13,123 bases of DNA from Caldisphaera sp. (GCA_049971805.1 JBMFKU010000029.1:1-13123); one strand, 5' to 3'. Positions 1 through 7,018 are shown, numbered from the stretch's first letter. The notes: generated from the sequence alone by a model not told the origin. Program-made: numbers and translations.

Positions 1-2
1 TC

Positions 3-47
3 GGTGTGAGAGGTCATCCTTTGCCAGTAAAAACTAAGCACATTTGA
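3..47 (+). CDS. Probable 3' end of an upstream gene (…GVRGHPLPVKTKHI*), product unknown
   Basis: Frame 3 is open from the window edge to TGA at 45-47 and is followed by AT-rich intergenic sequence. Too short to identify. Confidence 0.4.
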   Translation, partial: GVRGHPLPVKTKHI

Positions 48-74
48 ATATAAAAAGGATTTTTACTAAAGTGA

Positions 75-92
75 AAAGGGATTCAGCCCTTT
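75..92 (+). terminator. Short hairpin AAAGGG-attcag-CCCTTT, possible terminator or 3' structure of the upstream gene
   Basis: Perfect 6-bp inverted repeat about 30 nt after the stop at 47, with a T-run at about 112-117. Confidence 0.25.
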
Positions 93-155
93 GCCCATAA
101 ATAATCTAATGTTTTTTAATAAAGTCTTCTTTGTTGTTAATAGAAAGTAATAAAT

Positions 156-239
156 ATGATAGAAGAATCAAAATAAGCAGGAGTCTTGGGAGGAGGGCAA
201 CTCAAGGTGAGGAATAGAAATAATTGGTCTAAGATAACA
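156..239 (+). pseudogene. Relic of a purK-like (ATP-grasp N5-CAIR synthetase) gene
   Basis: ATG at 156 gives MIEESK*AGVLGGGQL. GVLGGGQL matches the PurK N-terminal G(I/V)LGGGQLG motif. In-frame TAA at 174-176, and the remainder of the gene is absent. Confidence 0.5.
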
Positions 240-375
240 CAAAGCTTTATAGTTGTATAAATGTTATTGGTGAATAAAGATGTACATATCTATAGGACGA
301 TGAAAATGATAGATCATAAAATAATGAACAGCCTTGAGGAAACCTTGCTCTTTAAGGCAGGAGGAGGTCAATCGT

Positions 376-1113
376 TTGAATACAATAGAAGAGTTTATTT
401 CTTCTTTAAGGAAATATAGCCATTTAGTTGGATTTAAAATAGATTTAGAAATGGCAAGAAAAATTGAAGAAATACAGCTTAAAATAATTAAAGATATAGA
501 TGAGAAAATTAAAGATATAGACTTGAGTGATCTTAATAATTTTGTGTCTGAGCTCTCTAAAAAAAATATCATGCAAGAATTTATCATGGAAGCATCACAA
601 GAACTAGGAGAGGGTATTGGAATAAAGGATGCAGATAATGCATTAAAAGAGGCCTTGGAAGGGAATATGAACATAAAAGGAGCTAGGAGTTCTCTAATAG
701 TGTTGCAAGCTATATCTAGATTTTTTGCAGAAAAATATGAAAAAAATAATGGTCAAATAATAAATGAGAGTCCTTACTGTCCTGTTTGTGGGTCAGAAAG
801 TAAAACAATGATAAAAGATGGAAATCGCTATAAAATGATTTGCCATTTTTGTGGATATACATGGATTGTGTCTAATAATGGATTGGTATGTCCGTTCTGT
901 GGCAATAGAGAGGAATTTAGTTTAGGGTTTTTTAGTGATAGAGAAGAAAGAATAGGATTAATGTATTGTCAAAGATGCGGATCTGATTGGAGGATTATCT
1001 TAGATGAATCAATAAAAGCGCCAAGTATTTTATTACCTTTGATAGCTTTAGGTGGAGAAAAGTTCAGAGGGGCTTTGCCTGGTAATGCTAATAAAAGCAT
1101 CGATAATTCTTAA
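376..1113 (+). CDS. fdhE: FdhE-like formate dehydrogenase accessory protein
   Basis: Helical N-terminal part followed by four CxxC pairs (CPVCG, CHFCG, CPFCG, CQRCG) spaced as in FdhE. A strong SD (GGAGGAGGT, about 360-368) favours TTG at 376 over the ORF-track start at 334. Confidence 0.75.
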   Translation: MNTIEEFISSLRKYSHLVGFKIDLEMARKIEEIQLKIIKDIDEKIKDIDLSDLNNFVSELSKKNIMQEFIMEASQELGEGIGIKDADNALKEALEGNMNIKGARSSLIVLQAISRFFAEKYEKNNGQIINESPYCPVCGSESKTMIKDGNRYKMICHFCGYTWIVSNNGLVCPFCGNREEFSLGFFSDREERIGLMYCQRCGSDWRIILDESIKAPSILLPLIALGGEKFRGALPGNANKSIDNS

Positions 1114-1623
1114 CATATTTATCCCTATGCAAGTTTGGAAGATGGAAATGCTGTATCCTAAGGTAACTAATGATATTATAGGGTTATTATACATGCACTT
1201 TGGCTTCTCAGAAATTGAAGAACTTAACCTTTTTACTATGCTTGATTCATAGTAGTTAACAATTGGCATACCTATTATGATAAAATAAAGCATCATAGTT
1301 ACAGCTATATAAATTACATTTAAAACTAGGCTGTCTTTTTTATTAAGAACTAAATTTTCTATTCTTTTTAATATTAAAAGAAAAGTTATTTCCATTGCTG
1401 ATCCTGCAAATGCTAATGTTATTGCTATTACTACCAATGATAGCGATAATACGCGATATTCTTGAATTATATTTGATATGATAGCTATTAATAATCCACT
1501 GCTCATAAGAATTGGTGATAAAGTTACCTCAGATGATTTAAAGTAGTTCTTTGATGTCTCTAAAACTCTGATTTTTTTATTTAGCTCATCATTATATTCA
1601 ATTTTATTCCCCGTTTCATTCAC
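1048..1623 (-). CDS. Hypothetical membrane protein (about 4 hydrophobic segments)
   Basis: 191-aa ORF with GTG start and several long hydrophobic stretches. A BRE/TATA-like AAAAGTTAAAAA lies about 25-35 nt upstream. The 3' end overlaps fdhE by 66 nt. Confidence 0.6.
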   Translation of the reverse strand: MNETGNKIEYNDELNKKIRVLETSKNYFKSSEVTLSPILMSSGLLIAIISNIIQEYRVLSLSLVVIAITLAFAGSAMEITFLLILKRIENLVLNKKDSLVLNVIYIAVTMMLYFIIIGMPIVNYYESSIVKRLSSSISEKPKCMYNNPIISLVTLGYSISIFQTCIGINMLRIIDAFISITRQSPSELFST

Positions 1624-1639
1624 CTAATATAGACAAAGA

Positions 1640-1662
1640 TTAAAAATTTTTTAACTTTTGCT
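1640..1662 (-). promoter_or_regulatory. Putative BRE-TATA promoter for the 1623 membrane-protein gene (leaderless spacing)
   Basis: Minus strand reads AGCAAAAG-TTAAAAAA, with the TATA-like box about 24-29 nt upstream of the GTG. It sits in the palindrome TTAAAAA-T-TTTTTAA (1640-1654). Confidence 0.3.
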
Positions 1663-1778
1663 ATCTAAATGTCTTAAGCAAATGCATACCAATAAAACTA
1701 TCTATGGTATCAACTTTTGCTTTTAGAATCTAAGATTTAAATTTCTATAGCTCAAAATAATTAAGGAACATAATTTAA

Positions 1779-2768
1779 CTAACTTGTAGGTTCAACTTTT
1801 GCTTCTATATTTAACATTTTTGATATGTATTTAGCTGTATACCATGCCTCATCGCTTCTCGAGCCATCTATAATAACTTTTTTAGGTTTTGATTCCTTAA
1901 CATATTCTATAATCTCTTTAAAGGTTGCATGGTCGCTGAACGAAACATTAAATGTCTTTTCGTCAACTTGCATTGCGATGCCTCTTAGTTCCCAACCAGT
2001 TAATATTATATGAATTCCATCAAGTTTATTAAATTGTTGTCTTTTTAATGAATGCATAAAAATTATTGTGCCGTTATATATTTCATTCTTATTATATAGC
2101 GATATGTCTCCAAGATCAACATTATAGAATTCTGAGGCTACCTTTGACATTTTTAGTGTTTTCTGATCTGTTAAAAACTTATTTTTTATTCCTCTAACTC
2201 TTAATTCAACCATTATTTCTTGTAATTTGCCGTTATAGCCATAAACCCATATAGGTTTTTCATGTGAATATTTATTAATTAAGCTGATTAATGCAGCTAA
2301 TGCATCCCAGTCTGCCCATCCTCTTTGATATTTCAAATTGCCATATGTAGCATCTAATACTAATACATCTAAATCTCTTAGAGGTTCTGTTCCTGGTATT
2401 TTAAAGTCTCCAGTATAGCCTGATGTACCATTGTTTGTTTCTACAATAACTTGTGCACTTCCTGCTATATGTCTTGACTTTTTTAATGTTATTCTTTCAC
2501 CATCAAAGTCTATTGGTTTATTATAATCGAGCTTTATCACTTTATCTTCTGGTATATTATAATTCAAGATTTTGAGAAATTCATGAGTAACTGGTGTTGC
2601 AACAATAAATATGCTCTCTTTAATGTTTTTTCTTAACCCCTTTAAATGATCTTCATGAGCATGCGTAACAACCCTTATAGGGCGATTATAATAGCCATCA
2701 GCAACTACATTATTGCCTAATAATATTGCACCATTTTCTGCTATTTTGGCTATATCCATTTGGAACAC
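1779..2768 (-). CDS. Metallo-beta-lactamase-fold (beta-CASP-like) nuclease, predicted exonuclease
   Basis: THAHEDH (HxHxDH), HIAGS, YTGDF, LDATYG and C-terminal FSDHA motifs. The start may be ATG at 2759. Confidence 0.85.
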   Translation of the reverse strand: MFQMDIAKIAENGAILLGNNVVADGYYNRPIRVVTHAHEDHLKGLRKNIKESIFIVATPVTHEFLKILNYNIPEDKVIKLDYNKPIDFDGERITLKKSRHIAGSAQVIVETNNGTSGYTGDFKIPGTEPLRDLDVLVLDATYGNLKYQRGWADWDALAALISLINKYSHEKPIWVYGYNGKLQEIMVELRVRGIKNKFLTDQKTLKMSKVASEFYNVDLGDISLYNKNEIYNGTIIFMHSLKRQQFNKLDGIHIILTGWELRGIAMQVDEKTFNVSFSDHATFKEIIEYVKESKPKKVIIDGSRSDEAWYTAKYISKMLNIEAKVEPTS

Positions 2769-2894
2769 TTCCCTTTAGCGAGTTAAGTTTCTTCGTTTTT
2801 ATTATTTTATTTAAAGATTAAAAATTCTCTCTTAGTACAGAAAAGGTTATTATTCAAATAAGATCTAAACTCATGCTCACCTCAACTGGATTCC

Positions 2895-2947
2895 TTAAGC
2901 ACATATAATGCTTAAAAATTATTAACACCACATATAAGTGGTGTAAA
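2895..2947. promoter_or_regulatory. Two adjacent palindromes sharing a CACATATAA core (candidate operator pair)
   Basis: TTAAGCA-catataa-TGCTTAA (2895-2915) and ACACCAC-atataa-GTGGTGT (2925-2944). CACATATAA is directly repeated at 2900 and 2929. Confidence 0.45.
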
Positions 2948-3139
2948 CTAATTGAAAGTCCTATAGCTCTCTCAATGATCAAAAAAGTAATAATTGCTAG
3001 CTTTCATTTTTAGTTCTTCAATGTTCTTAGGATTTTTACCCATCATAAATGGTGAGACTTAATTAATTTATTACTAATTTATGTATAAGTAATTTGGTAT
3101 GCAGAGAAACGATTGCATAAGAGAGATGAGGTGAGAGTT

Positions 3140-3994
3140 GTGGTAGAAAAAAAGCTAAAAAGTGCAACAAATCCAGAAGATTCGGAAAGTAGGCAATATC
3201 ATATTATGGTATTGCCAGGAGATATTGCTAATTATATCTTATTGCCAGGAGATCCTTCCAGAATCGATTTAATAGCATCATACATGGATTCATATAAATT
3301 AGTAGGATATCATAGAGAATATAGGACCATAACGGGTTTCTATAAAGGTATAAAGATCTCTGCTACTAGCACTGGTATAGGAGGGCCTTCTTCATCAATA
3401 GCTGTTGAAGAACTTCTTAGGGCTGGTGCTAAGACATTTATTAGGGTTGGCACATGTGGTGCAATAAAATCAAAAATAAATGTAGGGGATTTAATAATAG
3501 CAACGGGTTCTTTTAGATTAGATGGAGCAAGCCTTGATTATGTTGATAAAGGATATCCAGCTTTGGCAAATTACGAGATAATTAATGCATTAATACAATC
3601 TGCTGATGGTTCAAATGCAAATTATCATGTAGGTTTAGTAGCAAGTACAGATACATTCTATGTTGGCCAAGGAAGACCTGGTTTTAATGGATTTATTTCA
3701 AAAAACAAGGAGCATATAATAGAAGAATTGAGTAAAGTTAATGTATTAGCATTTGAAATGGAAGCTTCAACAATATTTACTCTTTCACAAATTTATAGTG
3801 CAAGGGCAGGATGTATTTGTGCTGTAATAGCAAATAGAATTACAGATGAATTTATAGCTAACGCTGGAATTGAAAGCATGATAAAAGTATCATTAGAGGC
3901 AGTAAAAATATTAGCAGAATGGGATAGCCTAAAGGCAAATAAAAATAAAAAATGGTTTTATCCTGATCTAATAAATAGCAAATCAACTCTTTAA
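3140..3994 (+). CDS. udp: Uridine phosphorylase (PNP/UDP family nucleoside phosphorylase)
   Basis: LLPGDPSR, STGIGGPS, IRVGTCGA, DTFYVGQGR and FEMEAS motifs. SD GAGGTGA at 3128-3134 favours GTG at 3140 (ORF track start 3113). Confidence 0.88.
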   Translation: MVEKKLKSATNPEDSESRQYHIMVLPGDIANYILLPGDPSRIDLIASYMDSYKLVGYHREYRTITGFYKGIKISATSTGIGGPSSSIAVEELLRAGAKTFIRVGTCGAIKSKINVGDLIIATGSFRLDGASLDYVDKGYPALANYEIINALIQSADGSNANYHVGLVASTDTFYVGQGRPGFNGFISKNKEHIIEELSKVNVLAFEMEASTIFTLSQIYSARAGCICAVIANRITDEFIANAGIESMIKVSLEAVKILAEWDSLKANKNKKWFYPDLINSKSTL

Positions 3995-4020
3995 GGCCAG
4001 AAAGGACTAAGATCAAAAAA

Positions 4021-4208
4021 TTAAGCTTCTAAGATTTCCTTCTTTATTTGCTATGTATTTATATTCTTTATAAATTTTTATACTTCTATGGGGTCTGCTA
4101 GTATGCAATCGAATTTAGAGATAAAGTTTAAAATATCAATACTGTAAAAATTCAAATCAATACAGTAAGCAAGGAAATGCTTGCTGAATCAAATACAGTT
4201 AAATTTTT
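4021..4208 (-). pseudogene. Possible degraded PIN/VapC-like gene fragment
   Basis: Minus strand reads KNLTVFDSASISLL /frameshift/ YCIDLNFYSIDILNFISKFDCILADPIEV*KFIKNINT*QIKKEILEA*. This resembles a PIN N-terminus (hhD[ST]S…) by eye. Two internal stops and no start codon. Confidence 0.3.
4135..4202. repeat. Three imperfect direct repeats ATCAATAC(T/A)GTAA with an intervening hairpin
   Basis: ATCAATACTGTAA at 4135-4147, ATCAATACAGTAA at 4156-4168 and ATCAAATACAGTTAA at 4188-4202. Hairpin AGCAAG-gaaatg-CTTGCT at 4168-4185. Confidence 0.6.
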
Positions 4209-4240
4209 GGTTCTAACTTATACTAGTAGGGCAATGATTT

Positions 4241-5485
4241 ATGGAAGAAGGGCTAAGGTATCATCCATCGTTGTTGATATCTAAGAGCTATAATGATAAT
4301 CTCAAGGATAGGTGTATTATATTAGGAGTAACGGCAAGTATTTCTTTATATAGATCACTAGATACAGCTAGATGGCTTATGAGAAGAGGGGCTAAAGTAA
4401 TAACAGTTATGACTGAGGAGGCTGCAGAATTAGTAGATCCTAATATGTTTTATTGGGCCACTGGTATAAAGCCCATAGTAAAACTTACAGGAGCAACAGA
4501 ACATATAGTATTAGCCAAAGAATGCGACTCTATGTTAGTTGCACCTGCAACATTTAATATTATGTCAAAAATTGCTTATGGTATAACTGATAACCCGGTA
4601 TCTTTGACAGCAATATCTGTAATTGGGTTTGAAAAGCCTATGATTATTGTACCTGCAATGCATGAAAATATGGAAAAAACGAATCAATATAGGGAAATAG
4701 AAAATAGACTAAAAGAGAGCAATGCTTTTGTTATTGAACCTTTTTTAGTTGAAGAGGTAGCAAAATATCCGGATCCACAATTTGTTGCTAGGGTTACAAC
4801 TTCGCATACATTAAGGAGTTATGATATGAAGGGCTTAAAGATATTGGTTACAGCGGGTGCTACCAGATCATGGATTGATGATGTAAGGTTTATATCAAAT
4901 CCAAGCTCTGGCAGAATGGGTATCGAACTTGCTATAGAGGCATACTCAAGAGGAGCCCATGTAGACCTTTTACACGGACATACTGATATACAAGTTCCTC
5001 ACACAGTTAATTCATTTTATTGCGAAACAACTGATAAAATGGCCGAAAAAATCAATGAGCTAACAAAAAGCACTAACTATGATATTATAATAGGTGCAGC
5101 AGCCCCGGTAGATTTTAATGTAGAAAATAAATCTGAGGGGAAATTAAGAAGTGAAAATAACTATGATATAAGACTGATATCAGCCAAGAAGGTTTTAAAA
5201 TCGATAGCTAATAGACCAAGGATATTAATTTCTTTTGCAGCAGAATCCATTAAAAGTGATTCAGAACTTTATGATAATGCCAAAGAAAAGTTAAGAAAGT
5301 ACAACGCAGATATAGTTGTTGCAAATCCAGCCAATATTTCAGATATCGGTTTTTCCAGCCTTTATGATAAGGTTTCAATTATATTTAAAGATGGTAGTAT
5401 AATTAATGTAGAAAAAACTTTAAAAGAAAATTTAGCTAGAATTATATTAGATAGAGCTGTATCTTTAATTAAAGGTGGTGTATAG
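4241..5485 (+). CDS. coaBC: Bifunctional phosphopantothenoylcysteine decarboxylase / phosphopantothenate-cysteine ligase
   Basis: Flavoprotein domain (LGVTASIS, EHI, VAPAT, PAMHENM) fused to a CoaB domain (LVTAGAT…IDDVRFISNPSSGRMG, AAAPVDF, FAAE, DIVVAN). Confidence 0.95.
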   Translation: MEEGLRYHPSLLISKSYNDNLKDRCIILGVTASISLYRSLDTARWLMRRGAKVITVMTEEAAELVDPNMFYWATGIKPIVKLTGATEHIVLAKECDSMLVAPATFNIMSKIAYGITDNPVSLTAISVIGFEKPMIIVPAMHENMEKTNQYREIENRLKESNAFVIEPFLVEEVAKYPDPQFVARVTTSHTLRSYDMKGLKILVTAGATRSWIDDVRFISNPSSGRMGIELAIEAYSRGAHVDLLHGHTDIQVPHTVNSFYCETTDKMAEKINELTKSTNYDIIIGAAAPVDFNVENKSEGKLRSENNYDIRLISAKKVLKSIANRPRILISFAAESIKSDSELYDNAKEKLRKYNADIVVANPANISDIGFSSLYDKVSIIFKDGSIINVEKTLKENLARIILDRAVSLIKGGV

Positions 5486-6312
5486 TGGATAAGATAAGTA
5501 TTAATGATGTTATTAATATAGATTACAACCATGCAAGGAAAACTATAGAAAATTTTTTGGCTAATGAATTGGAAAAATCAAAAAGATCTGGCTATGTGAT
5601 AGGATTAAGTGGAGGGGTAGATTCCGCTACATCATATTTCTTAGCGGCAGAAGCTGTTGGTATAGATAAGGTATTAGCCTTAATTATGCCAGATTCAACA
5701 GTTACTCCAAAAGAAGATGTAGATGATGCAAAAGAACTAGTTAAGATCCTTAAAGGTAAGGTACAAATAATAGACATAAATCCTATTGTTGAGGTTTATA
5801 AATCAACTATACCTGCTTATGAAGAAAAAGACGTGGTTCCTTTAGGTAATATAAGAGCAAGAATTAGGATGACATTGCTATATTTTTATGCAAACAAGCT
5901 TTCCAGCTTAGTATTAGGAACAGGAGATAGAAGCGAGGAAACTATAGGATATTTTACTAAATATGGTGATGGGGGAGTAGATGTATTACCTATATCGACA
6001 TTGCTAAAAAGCCAGGTTAGAAGGCTTGCAGTGAATTTAGGTGTACCTGAAAAAATTGCATTCAAGCCAAGTAGTCCTAGGTTATGGAGTGGACAAGAAG
6101 CTGAAAAAGAACTAGGTGTATCATATGACACAGTTGATTTAATAATATATTCAATATTTGACAAAAAAATAGATATTGATGTTTTTGTTAAGAACAGCGG
6201 TATTAATAGAGCTGTTGTTGAGATGGTTTTAGACATGAATAAAAGGAGTGAACATAAGAGATCTTTGCCATCTTCTTTAGATGTAAAAAGTGTTATAAAA
6301 TATATAGCTTAA
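5485..6312 (+). CDS. nadE: NH3-dependent NAD+ synthetase
   Basis: IGLSGGVDS, GNIRARIRM, GYFTKYGDGGVD and KPSSPRLW motifs, with no glutaminase domain. The GTG start overlaps the coaBC TAG by 1 nt, with SD GGTGGTG upstream. Confidence 0.95.
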   Translation: MDKISINDVINIDYNHARKTIENFLANELEKSKRSGYVIGLSGGVDSATSYFLAAEAVGIDKVLALIMPDSTVTPKEDVDDAKELVKILKGKVQIIDINPIVEVYKSTIPAYEEKDVVPLGNIRARIRMTLLYFYANKLSSLVLGTGDRSEETIGYFTKYGDGGVDVLPISTLLKSQVRRLAVNLGVPEKIAFKPSSPRLWSGQEAEKELGVSYDTVDLIIYSIFDKKIDIDVFVKNSGINRAVVEMVLDMNKRSEHKRSLPSSLDVKSVIKYIA

Positions 6313-6317
6313 TTAGC

Positions 6318-6326
6318 CTTTTTTTA
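6318..6326 (+). terminator. Oligo-T tract after nadE, putative archaeal intrinsic terminator
   Basis: Run of about 7 T in the 14-nt gap between convergent nadE and the 6992 gene. Confidence 0.4.
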
Positions 6327-6992
6327 TCAGTCTTTTATAGGCTCAAATCCAATACTGTTTTCTTTTTTATCAACCTTACCATAATATCTGCTTGAATTTG
6401 CTTTTAAGACTAAGTTTTCTGCTAGGTCTATAATTTTTTCTGATAAACTAATTTCTGGCAAAAGTTCTTCTTCATACTCAGATTTAGCTTTTGTAAGAAA
6501 GTCTACTATCATAGGTAGTTCGCTAAAAGCTATGTTTTTTATTATATTTCTTTCTTCTTGGCCAAGTTTTTTTCTTTGAGACATTTTTTGCAATATATTT
6601 TGAATATTTTCTGGGTTAAGGCTATAAAATTGCAACTTAAGCAATCTTAACTTAGGATCATCCTCTTTATTTGAATTACCTTCATATTCATTTATCACAC
6701 TTTCTAAGTATTTTTTATCAATTATATCCCACCAATGTTGAGAATCTGATCTATAAGTTGTTCTAATAATTTTATATTCTTTCTCAAGCTTTGCTATTAA
6801 TGGAACAGGATTGTAATCAAGTCCATATCTGTTTAGCATATCTTTTAAATCCTTTAGATCAAAATCTCCCAGTTTTGCTTTTCCAATAATTTTTGAGGAT
6901 TCAAGAAGAGCCTTTAATATGTAATACCCCCTATCTCCATATTTTGATAAGAAGTCTTTGAGACTTTTTTGGTCCTCCTCGTCTTCTTTCAA
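6327..6992 (-). CDS. Hypothetical soluble protein, possible N-terminal winged-helix domain plus helical C-terminal domain
   Basis: 221-aa ORF with TTG start and an SD-like AGGCGA. The N-terminal half has a helix-helix-helix then beta-hairpin-like pattern (…LIAKLEKEYKIIRTTYRSDSQHWW). Confidence 0.8.
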   Translation of the reverse strand: MKEDEEDQKSLKDFLSKYGDRGYYILKALLESSKIIGKAKLGDFDLKDLKDMLNRYGLDYNPVPLIAKLEKEYKIIRTTYRSDSQHWWDIIDKKYLESVINEYEGNSNKEDDPKLRLLKLQFYSLNPENIQNILQKMSQRKKLGQEERNIIKNIAFSELPMIVDFLTKAKSEYEEELLPEISLSEKIIDLAENLVLKANSSRYYGKVDKKENSIGFEPIKD

Positions 6993-7006
6993 TTGTTATT
7001 CGCCTG

Positions 7007-7018
7007 AGCATTAATGCT
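7007..7018. promoter_or_regulatory. Perfect 12-bp palindrome AGCATTAATGCT in the divergent intergenic region
   Basis: Read directly from sequence. A second 8-bp palindrome, GCTGCAGC, lies at 7030-7037. Confidence 0.35.

Noticed and set aside
264-674. 136-aa minus-strand ORF
   Set aside because: Antisense shadow of fdhE with the S/I/L/F-rich composition typical of a reverse frame.
1052-1252. 66-aa plus-strand ORF
   Set aside because: Overlaps both fdhE and the longer 1048-1623 ORF and has no motif. Cannot be fully excluded, but is unsupported.
1825-2013. 62-aa plus-strand ORF
   Set aside because: Antisense to the MBL nuclease.
1779-2768. Nuclease as part of an anti-phage defence system
   Set aside because: No partner ATPase, helicase or other defence genes nearby, and the context is housekeeping.
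2960-3060. C/D-box sRNA
   Set aside because: Only imperfect C-box-like words (ATGATCA, ATGATGG) with no well-placed CTGA D box.
4084-4116. KFDCILADP read as a methyltransferase DPPY motif
   Set aside because: Continues DPIE rather than DPPY, and no SAM-binding motif lies nearby.
4135-4202. Mini CRISPR array interpretation of the triple repeat
   Set aside because: Repeats are only about 13 nt, the spacers are about 8 and 19 nt, and no cas genes are present.
5592-5777. 61-aa minus-strand ORF
   Set aside because: Antisense to nadE.
5886-6236. 116-aa minus-strand ORF
   Set aside because: Antisense to nadE.
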